Assembly: GCA_002633005.1 (NCBI GenBank)
Contig: NMRA01000145.1
Span: 811,200 to 849,632, forward strand
Direction: 5' to 3'
DNA from: Phoronis australis
Taxonomy: Eukaryota > Animalia > Phoronida
Length of the DNA stretch: 38,433 bases
Positions 22,501-30,600 of the stretch are shown here, one piece after another (positions within the stretch are counted from its first letter, which is position 1; the number at the start of each line of letters is the position of its first letter). The notes under the pieces were generated by a model. It saw only the letters and a list, made by a program, of their open reading frames with translations. It was not told where the DNA came from and made no database searches. The position numbers and the translations under genes are program-made.

Positions 22501-24150
22501 TCAAACCGTTCCGCANNNNNNNNNNNNNNNNNNNNNNNNNNNNNNNNNNNNNNNNNNNNNNNNNNNNNNNNNNNNNNNNNNNNNNNNNNNNTTTGATAGC
22601 AATGCACCACAGTTTTGTAGAAAGTCTGTCATAGGTTACACATACGTCACAGCGGAGACCGGGTTTTAACCGCCGTAGGCTACAAAAAGCGTCCCCCTGG
22701 GCGCTAATTATTAGGGCAAATACGGTAGCCCTAATGGTAACATCAGTGCACGAGACGATGATTTTTATTTAAAGTATTAGCAAGTTTGTGGTGACTGGCG
22801 CCAATGGCCGGGTGACTGGACTTCGGGCGAGTAGATTTTCTGGCTCCGGCACTCGCCCAGCTGGCGAGCAGGATTTTTCAAGACTAAAAGCCTGGGTAAA
22901 TCCCTGACTTCCACATTTTTCCAAAAAAGGGAAACTACGGAGGAATGGCCGAGGAGGGTAAAAGTCTAGTTTCTGTGCGTATTTGGAGATCCATTCAACA
23001 TCAGACAACTTGATTTTTGGTAACGTTGATAAGTCTTTTGACCACACCACCTTGCAGAACGATGCCATGTTTGTCAAGGCGCCTCGTTTTCGATCAACAC
23101 GACAGCAGCGCCCCACGTTCGTGAAATAGGTGAATAGGAGATCCTATAGAGTTTCCCCGTCCCGACTGATGCCAAAACCAAACTGATTTGGTGCACTTTA
23201 ATTTGACACTGGGTTGGGGAACCAAACTGAAGTCTAAGCCAAACTAAAGCTACCATAAGTTCCCAATGATTCACATGATTTTTTAACAGTTACCAGGAAT
23301 GAAATTGACAACAATCAGTGGTGCGTGGTGTGCAATAGTTTTGCAGGACATTTGCCCCATGTGTATAACCTGTATGACCTGCATACATGAGCACTGTACT
23401 TCGTCACTTTTGGGTTCTGATAAGTATCAAAAAGTTCATAAACCATTTGCAGTAACTTGGAAACTTATGGTAGCTTCAGTTTGGCACAGGCATCAATTTG
23501 GCTCACCAACCCGTGTCAAATTGAAGTGCGCCAAATCAGTTTGGAGGCATTGAGTTTGGACTACAACAGTGCCACTGACTATGGCCTCCTACGGTCTCTC
23601 TAAGCAAAACGGTACCAGTGTACCAACATGACTGATGGTTCAATCAGAGTTTGACATAATTTTCTGATAGCTTTCGGTGTATGAACTAGGCCTATGGGAT
23701 GGCCAGTGCATCTACTGTGCCAGTTGAGATGGTATTGTCAAACTGTCAGTGCAGCCAGTCAGCAAGCTGTATGAAGAGTATCGTCAAAAAAAGCTAGGTG
23801 CCACGGCACTGTATGTTGAGATCCTGCTAGCGCTAGACCCCGACATGTAGAGCTAATGACCAGCAGGGGTGCATGCAAAATCTGGGAGTCAACTTGCCTG
23901 CTGCAGCTGAGATGAGTAACTTTTTATGGGGGTGTACCTACTATTCACTCAACTTCCAAAGCCTTTGGCAATAATTTGGCAATGACAATAATTTTAAAAA
24001 TAGGCTATCTGGCTATAGCCTACTTTCTGTGATCACCCCTCGATACAGCGAAGAAGTTTTTGACTACATTTCCTGACAAAAATAAAGGCTTTATGACTAC
24101 CATTACCTTAGGTTTTTGTACCTTAGGATTCCGCGACGCACAACGAACAT
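7357..24150 (-). CDS. THA1: Low-specificity L-threonine aldolase (PLP-dependent), complete 10-exon gene, 405 aa: complement(join(7357..7530,8710..8831,9707..9843,10510..10565,11116..11253,12848..13033,15758..15846,17262..17345,18347..18534,24107..24150))
   Basis: All nine introns are GT-AG with consistent phases (2,1,1,0,0,0,2,1,0). The spliced length of 1218 nt is an intact frame. Family motifs present: [61 protein letters not shown](PLP Lys)[21 protein letters not shown]. Exon 1 is less certain than exons 2-10. Confidence 0.93.
7850..8000 (+). mobile_element. Retroposon 3' fragment sharing its tail with the SINE at 18023-18244
   Basis: TGCAATGGGCCCA..GAGGCCTG..ATCAGACCACCTGCA followed by a T-run. 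Confidence 0.6.
7996..8390 (-). mobile_element. Non-LTR retrotransposon 3' fragment with poly(A) tail
   Basis: [25 protein letters not shown] (CCHC knuckle), short 3' UTR, A-tail on the minus strand at 7996-8019. Confidence 0.7.
8710..8831 (-). CDS. THA1: THA1 exon 9 ([22 protein letters not shown]...FCKRMQE)
   Basis: tttcag acceptor, gtaagt donor, V.TNI motif, phases fit both neighbours. Confidence 0.92.
9253..9462. repeat. 105-bp tandem duplication (2 near-identical copies) in THA1 intron 8
   Basis: 9253-9357 vs 9358-9462, one internal mismatch (AATTGG/AACTGG). Confidence 0.92.
9707..9843 (-). CDS. THA1: THA1 exon 8 ([26 protein letters not shown]...KRLAN)
   Basis: tgctag acceptor, gtaagc donor, GGGMRQ.G motif. 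Confidence 0.95.
10510..10565 (-). CDS. THA1: THA1 exon 7 ([19 protein letters not shown])
   Basis: ttgcag acceptor, gtgagt donor, GLG.PVGS motif. Confidence 0.95.
10585..10680. mobile_element. ~100-bp hairpin MITE, copy inverted relative to 16516-16613
   Basis: ATATAACGTGCCG..GAGAACCAGTTT / AAACTGGTTCC..CGGGCACCTTATAT. The loop is the reverse complement of the loop in the 16516 copy. Confidence 0.72.
11116..11253 (-). CDS. THA1: THA1 exon 6 ([24 protein letters not shown]...VCFSK), ends on the PLP-binding Lys
   Basis: ctgcag acceptor, gtgagt donor, HMDGAR.FNA and FSK motifs. Confidence 0.96.
11624..12139. mobile_element. PIF/Harbinger-like MITE (516 bp) in THA1 intron 5
   Basis: Perfect 16-bp TIR GTCGCTTTCCCATTAG / CTAATGGGAAAGCGAC and subterminal GAAG(C/T)TTC repeats. 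TSD unclear. Confidence 0.7.
12848..13033 (-). CDS. THA1: THA1 exon 5 (VGGVNPRS...[21 protein letters not shown])
   Basis: gtgcag acceptor, gtgagg donor, LENSHN..GG motif. Confidence 0.95.
14401..14428. repeat. (GAACT)n microsatellite; the same motif in reverse at ~8560-8587 follows AATAAA (probable LINE tail)
   Basis: aaactgaactgaacagaactgaactgaa. Confidence 0.6.
15758..15846 (-). CDS. THA1: THA1 exon 4 ([30 protein letters not shown])
   Basis: cttcag acceptor, gtaagt donor, SH..YE.GG motif. Confidence 0.95.
15944..16220. repeat. Repeat fragment with short (TTTGACTTAA)n-like units, partly shared with ~26479-26537
   Basis: Repeated CTTAA units at 16037-16090. GGAACTTGCA.GCTAATT.CTTA.CTCTGTGA.TGCTTGG occurs at 16161 and 26479. 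Confidence 0.5.
16516..16613. mobile_element. ~100-bp hairpin MITE, best-preserved copy (AT-flanked)
   Basis: GTCGGATGTAACGTGGCCG..GAGAACCAGTTT / AAACTGGTTATC..CGGGCACGTTACATCAGAC. Related copies at 10585-10680, ~2441-2503, ~6790-6850, ~7604-7670, ~34844-34895. Confidence 0.75.
17262..17345 (-). CDS. THA1: THA1 exon 3 ([28 protein letters not shown])
   Basis: ttacag acceptor, gtgagt donor, FVPSGTMGN motif. Not in the ORF track. Confidence 0.95.
18023..18244 (+). mobile_element. tRNA-derived SINE
   Basis: A box TGGCCTGGTTG (18035), B box GGTTCGAGTCC (18078), 3' end TGCAATGGGCCCA...ATCAGACCACCTGCA plus T-rich tail, shared with 7927-8000. Confidence 0.75.
18347..18534 (-). CDS. THA1: THA1 exon 2 ([12 protein letters not shown]...[10 protein letters not shown]...[12 protein letters not shown])
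   Basis: Acceptor ttttag, donor G|gttggt, conserved N-terminal aldolase motifs. Internal ATG at 18506. Confidence 0.95.
22270..22725 (-). mobile_element. Second, inverted and diverged copy of the CCGTA-TIR element, spanning the assembly gap
   Basis: 22270-22515 matches the reverse complement of ~28372-28620 and 22592-22725 matches ~27659-27860. Ends ...GGGCAAATACGG-TA. Confidence 0.8.
22516..22591. other. Assembly gap (76 N)
   Basis: Run of N. Confidence 1.
23148..23582. mobile_element. Fold-back MITE with ~110 bp imperfect inverted arms
   Basis: 23167-23266 pairs with 23457-23550 (CCAAACTGATTTGGTGCACTT / AAGTGCGCCAAATCAGTTTGG; AGCTACCATAAGTT / AACTTATGGTAGCT). Explains the mirror-like ORFs 23074-23274(-) and 23299-23553(+). 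Confidence 0.75.
24107..24150 (-). CDS. THA1: THA1 coding exon 1 ([15 protein letters not shown]), putative mitochondrial presequence
   Basis: ATG at 24150, donor AG|gtaatg in phase 2, which joins in frame to the open 28 nt before the ATG of exon 2. Lies next to the CLEC16A start. The peptide is basic with no acidic residues. Confidence 0.7.
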
Positions 24151-24188
24151 GGAAATGTTAACTGTTCAGTACGCCCTCGGACAAACAT
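24123..24188 (-). promoter_or_regulatory. Out-of-frame 21-codon uORF ([21 protein letters not shown]) overlapping the first THA1 ATG
   Basis: ATG at 24188, TAA at 24125-24123. Functional only if the TSS lies above 24188. Confidence 0.4.
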
Positions 24189-24545
24189 GTGAAGCCGACA
24201 GCAGTCGTCTTCTCTTGTTTACTTTGGCCTGCCGTCTGGCGGGCTGTTTATAAAAACGACTCAAATAAAAGTTCTCTCAACTACAATAACCTGCTAGTTG
24301 CATCAAACAAGCTTATAAATTGAAAGAATGATTTGAATTTCAGAAATAATTCATTATTCAGTTTTGCATCTTTTAATTTATCAATCAAAAATGTATTTTA
24401 ATAAACATTGGCTCTTGCTTATTTTTAGTGAAAATGAAGTGAGTTCCGGTCAGTTCAATCTGTTTTGAATCGGGCGAAAAGATGTTACGTGTTCTCCTTT
24501 AAATTGCAGAAAAGCAAGAGATACGTTGTTACAGACTATCCAGAC
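24151..24545. promoter_or_regulatory. Putative bidirectional promoter and 5' UTRs shared by THA1 (-) and CLEC16A (+)
   Basis: 395 bp between divergent ATGs, CpGs present near both starts, ETS-like TTCCGG at ~24444. TSSs cannot be determined from sequence. Confidence 0.65.
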
Positions 24546-24622
24546 ATGTTTCCCAAACAGAAAGGATGGTTCGGTGGTTCACTGTGGAAGCCCAAAAATC
24601 CTCATTCATTGGAGTATTTGAA
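24546..24622 (+). CDS. CLEC16A: CLEC16A coding exon 1
   Basis: gacATG start, WFGG..KPKNPHSLEYLK, donor gtaagt. Confidence 0.93.
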
Positions 24623-27600
24623 GTAAGTATTGCAGTCCTTTTAAGATAAGTTTTTCACTTGTGCAGTTGTGGCATTGTCAGAGTTGAGACTTCTTCAGTT
24701 CAGGGTCCGGGTTCTAATCTTTTTACTCGAAATGGAACTCGTTTATTGTTTGTAATCGGTTTACGCATACTATCTACGTAAGTCATTATGTAACTCCAGT
24801 TATTGTTTACAATCCAACGCCATTAACGTACATACTTGATATTAATATGTTCTGAATCCTCTCGTCATTGTGATCAAGTGGTTCCAAAAATGTACTCGTA
24901 CCCATTAGGCTCTTTTCATTCACCGTTTTTACGAGGTGTTCATTTGCGGCAGCCGATCTCGAGTGACCGCCATTATAAAACTGCGAATGATAACTACAAT
25001 GACCATGCGTGTGTCAAAAAGACCCCAAAATTGGCTAGTATGTTGAAGATACCACGTGGCATGTTAGGGAAACTCTGAGTAAAAAACAGTAATAGTCATT
25101 TATAAAGGATTCCCTCTTCAAAACTTCAGTAGAAAAAACACGAGAGTATGTGTTCTCGCGGACAAATGTCGTCCTCGAAAACACTTGACATCTCACGGTT
25201 AACCATTAGTTATCAATCCTGCCGACAAGTGTCCCACTTTTAATAATGGCTGCCTCACTAAATCCACATTGCAAATGAACGCTTTGGAAAAACTCGGAAA
25301 TTGTGAATAATAATCGACCAATCAAGGTACAAGTTGGAATCACCATGACTAGAGGATTCAGAAAATAGTAGTATCAACTATGTACGTTAATGGAGTCGTA
25401 TTGTAAACAATAACCACTACTCCACTACAGAATAATAGACACTTATCTTGAGTTTGCACAAAAGTAAAGTAGAAAATGGAAAACATAATTTCCTGGGTGT
25501 TAGATTCCCCACTTGGAATTAGTGTTGTATTTGAAATTGCCAGATACGTAATAATTGTCTACTATCATGGCCATTCTGCTTGATCACAATAAATTTGACA
25601 GATTGTGTATCGAATTTATTCTCATCAAGCGGAATAGCATTTGGCGAAACTTTCAAGGTATGCTTTCAATTTTTGACCGTGACAGTAGAAGTTTATTACT
25701 TAAACGTAGACCATACCGGCAAACATAACCTATTTATTGAAAGTGCCAGGATTTATGTGAAGTCCCTAAATAACAGGTAGGGCATTTGATGGAGTTCTAA
25801 GCAGATTGCCTCCAGTCATCTTGGACAGGTGTGGGACTGGTGGGCATTGGAGGGAGAAGGGAGAGTATACCGTATATGTTGATATCACAATTACTTCAAC
25901 AAGCAATCTGTCTCACATATCTCAAGATAAATTAATAGTTTTGGTTTTAGCTTACTGGTATGATATTAGATTTTAATTTACAATTTTCATTTATGGACTC
26001 TGGGTTATGTAAGTTGTCCTCAGACAGGTTCAAGGTACTAGTCTCGAGTGTTTTAACTCCAGAAGTCAGTGTATGTCTGGTGTGTGACTCGTATATTTGA
26101 TAAGAATTCAGACATTGAAACTTACAGATGTTTGTGAAATTTGCTAAATGTTCACTGTGTTTATGGCATGCGGTGTTCACCCTATACTTTCAAAGAATTA
26201 CTCATCAAATCAATATGTCTGTCTTCTTTTGCTCAATTGCATCACATTACTCCAAAACATGTCACTCATCAACACTGAATACGGTATGTGCCTCTTGCAA
26301 GGTGTTTGATATTAGGATGTAATTTTGATGACAGTTCATGCTTATTTGCTTGCTAAACTGGGAAGATAATTTTGTGGATGTTTGGAGCTGTGTGTCTATC
26401 ATATCCATCAGTTGTGTGTGTGCGTGTACGCGTGTATGTGAGTCTGCCTGCATGTGTGCCCGCTGCCCACCATAAAGTGGAACTTGCAGGCTAATTCCTT
26501 ATCTCTGTGACTGCTTGGCCAAGTTAGTAAGAAACACTACATATAACTACTATGTGAATATAAAGTAGGTTGAAAAATTGTCAAATGATTTTAAGAACAA
26601 GTTTTATGGTGAAAGTGATCCACTGCAAATCACTGAACCGTGTCGTGTAAATATCATGATGTGGTGTTGGGGAATAATATTACAGGCTATGTGAGCCTGC
26701 GAGGTATGTCATTGGTGCAAAAAGATCACCTATTTGCAGAATTTTTTGTCTTCACATTTATAAGTCGTCAATGAATACAACTGCACTTTGTTTATCATAG
26801 ATTATGCTAAAATAGCATTGTCATTTATTTCCTGCTATACTAGTACACTAGCATAGTTAGGAACATGCAAATACATCTTTAATAGATCCTGGAATGACAA
26901 GTCAGTGAACTAAAAATGGCCACCCTTGTTTACCAGTCCACCTAATCACCCTTTTGTGTTATGTCATTGGGAACCTCTGACAGATTTGTTGACAACTGAG
27001 TGTTGTTCACACCTGGTTACACAATGTCTATAGAAGATAGTTGACAGGAACCTTTACTGGCTCCAACTCCTGTGGAGTGTGCAACAGCAAATTTGGGAGG
27101 ACAAAGACAGTCTTGGTGGGATTTGGTTATGAGTGCACACAAGCAGGAGGGATTAACTTGAAGGTTATAGTTGCACCAAGTCCCCTCTTTGTTCTACTCA
27201 GTTGGTACCATGCAGATGGATGGTCATTAGATTATCTCAGCATGGGTAGAAGTCATGCCTAGTCAAGTCAATAACAGTATTTAAAATCAGTTTTAAAGCA
27301 GTAAGCATGGGCCACTGGCTCCACATTAAAATGGTAATAATTTTAAGTTTTGTAAGAAGTAATTAACTAAAACAAATTAAGTGAAAACAAAACTAATAAG
27401 TGCTTCAGTGCCTCAACAGGAACATTTTTATCAGCACTGTCTGTGGTTTGCTAGGAGATTGATGATAAAGGAGGGTCCTTTGTGTTGAAAAGACTCAATA
27501 TGTAGTTTTCGTGGGCTTTGGGGCATCTGAGGGTTTCCTTGGCATATAAATTATATCCAGTGTCTTTGGAGCATGAGCATTTTTAAGGACCTCAACCAAA

Positions 27601-30600
27601 AGTTTATATTTAGCTTGTCAACTTCAGAATAGGAGTTTCGGAGCTCATAAAGTCATTACCGTATTCGCCCGAACAAGCACCGAGGGTGCTTAGAAAAATT
27701 CTTTTCGGGAGGGTGGTGCTTATTGTAGCCTAGAGCTGTTGAAACCCGGTCTCCGAAACGGGTGAAATCGGAAACTTGGATTCATCAAATTTACGAGCTG
27801 TGATGTATCTGTAACCTATGACAGACTTTCCACAAAGTTGTGGTGCATTGCTATCAAGCTTCGTTGTTAAATTACGATCCTTTTTCAGAAAATTGAGTGG
27901 AAATCCCAGGGCGAAAACTCGCCGACTGATGCTTCACTACCTCGGGATCGTCAGTAGGGCAAATTGAATTCTTGAATAAAAATACAGTTTCGACTCAACA
28001 AATTACCAGAAATCCTTAAGTTTTCCAAATAGCATCCGTAAAGATTTTTAAGTTCCTGTGGAGTTTGGATTAACCACAGATTAAGTCCAACTAGATCGCA
28101 CACCGCGACACGAGAAAAATCTGGACGAACACACATGCGTGCTTCTTGGCCACGTGCTTTTAACACTAGTCAATTTTTTTATTAGTCTTCGATTCGCGGT
28201 TTTCACGTGTGCGAAGAAATCTGGATTCCTGTAGTATTGAGGGAGAAGCTCTGTACGGGAAAGATACAATAAAATTCCCTTGACAAGTACGCTGCATCTG
28301 TTCTGAAAGGCCTGATCATAGTGGGACACGTTCTTCGCAAGATTAGCAAAACTTTTGTGTCTTTTTGAAGCACTGTGGAAGTTTGAAGGGTACAGTCATG
28401 GCTAAATATCGACACAGCGGCGAGGCTAGTGGCCTAGAAATTCCGGGCACCGTGTTTTTTCAGAACTGTCGGATATTATTGATAAATCGAAGACATTCTA
28501 CTGTAGAGTTTTAGAACTGTAGGTAAGGCATTTTTCACATGTATAGACGTTCATGGGCCGAGCGCTTATTTTAGCGGAGTCTGAAAATGCGTGGGGGGCG
28601 CTTATAGGGTCATGGGTGCTTGTTAGGGCGAATACGGTATAAGAAATTTTCATGGTTTTGTAATTGAACCATTCAAGTTTTTCTAGTGCTAGTCCTTACA
28701 AATGCAACACAAGTGGGCGGTAATGAAAATTTATGAGGTAAATTACAATTTGTAAACAACATCATAAGTCGAACCTACCAGCCACCTAAACACTGTCTGG
28801 GTGCATTCATGCATACATAAATCTCAACATTTTGTTTAAAATAGTTTTCCATTTAAGGGATACACCAAATAACTTGACTCAATTTTTAGACTCCGTGTTA
28901 CTTTGCTCACCCACAGGCAAGGCCATGTTTTCGTAATATTTTTATTCCATCCCAGAAGCCAAGAGAACACATTCTTATTCAATCAAGATTTGCTCAATTT
29001 CTATTCATTGTGAATCGGTCAATGAGCTTGACAGACTGACAATCAGCTCTGAGAGAATAAGTGTCACGAACAGTAGTCCCAATCAGGCCTTCATGCAGCG
29101 TACGTCCTGGGCGTCCAAATGGACGCCTTAGCACTAATGTGGACGCCCTAGAAAGGACGCCCAATGTATCATTTGGACGCCCACTATCAATAGAAACCTT
29201 TCAAGTTTGGACACACACATTGTAATGATTACTAGGAAGCCTATGAAGACTCACAGTGGTGGCTCTTTTTTCAAAGCAGGAAGAAATATACAAAGTATAT
29301 ACAATGTTGCTATGCTCACACTTGGTTGATAACATTGTAAGTCTTGGTTTCTTTAATAAAAATGCTCACTACAGAAGGCTGTTTTGTACACTTAAATGTA
29401 GAAACCTTGGTCTATGCATTTTTTGTAAAAAAAATCTGCGTGTTTGGGGGGATTGCTGGGGGTGGGGGTTACGCGTCAGAATCATGGACGCCCTGAAATA
29501 TGGGGAACCCCATTTTGGACACCCTATTTTCGAAATCCTGGATAAAGGCCTGGTCCCAATAGCCAAATGTCTGGCCCCTCTCTAGGTTAATGAGAGTGAG
29601 AACAGCAAAAGCAACTTCCCACTGGATGCCTTCTCAGATTCAGTTGACAGAAAATGAGTTAGTCGATTAATTTAAAAACGGATGAATAAATCCTACTGTC
29701 AGCCCCTCACATTGTTTGATTAGGTTGAGGTCACTATATTAAATTAGTGAAGTCTACCTTATCAAACAATTTAGCTCTCTGACTTTGACTGGAATCGAAA
29801 GTCTCCTACTTCGTCAATCATAACCAATGACTTCTCACCCATGGATTTTTCTTCACATGGGAGAAATGTATGTAATATGATGCTTGTACCAGAAGGTTGA
29901 AACCTCCTGTTTGATTTACATGGAATCAGTTGGTGGCGCTGAACTCCTGTCCATCAAAGACCTGGCCGTTGTCAGACGGCGTAGTGAATTTCAATATGGC
30001 CTGGCTATTTCGAAAATGAGCTGTTTTGTTGCAGGATCTGCATAGTTATATCATGCCTATTCATACAGACCTAACTTTACTCCTGTACGTACTAGAGGAG
30101 TCTGTATGTAAACTAGGAAGTTAGTCAAACGTTTCAGACCTGCTTCGGTAGTTAGCACAGCCACTGTTTGAAGTGTGAGTTATCGGAGTTATTGCAGGTT
30201 GGTAGTACAAAACCTTTTGAAAAAATGGGGAGTCATCTTCACAATCCCCAACCATGCCCACGGCTTAATATCGTAATTCTTCTGACCTTTTTTAAGGTCT
30301 AGTTTTGTCGATTTCAATATAAGAAAAACAGGCAATTAAATATGTAGCCTGTCCTTTCATACTAACTCAAGTCTGGTATGAGTGAAGCCTCGATATAAAC
30401 TAAGAAGTTGATTGAATTGTTCATACCACCTTTGTTATTAGTAGTTAAAGTCATCGAGGGGATGCTGTCATCATCGAAGCAATCGCATTTGTAGTGGTGA
30501 TACATCTCGTGCGCGCTAAGAGTTTTTTTACGTTACAATTTAAGGACATTTACGATTCCCTTAGTGATTATTCGAGCAAAATATAAGCTACCCTTAGCGA

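Larger units (their letters stand above)
21652..23133. mobile_element. Internally deleted ISL2EU (PIF/Harbinger-related)-like DNA transposon with nested insertions
   Basis: Inverted termini TCACCTATTTCACGAA / TTCGTGAAATAGGTGA plus inner GATCGAAAACGAGGC / GCCTCGTTTTCGATC, AT on both sides within a palindromic CTCCT-AT-AGGAG target. THAP-like start MVYCAVPE(R)TN...VSF on + (~21754) and convergent remnant [24 protein letters not shown] on - (~23068). Superfamily assignment is inference. Confidence 0.6.

Noticed and set aside
24280-24302. ZNF143 extended motif (ACTACAATAACC) in the shared promoter
   Set aside because: Lacks the TCCCA core, so the match is too weak to call.
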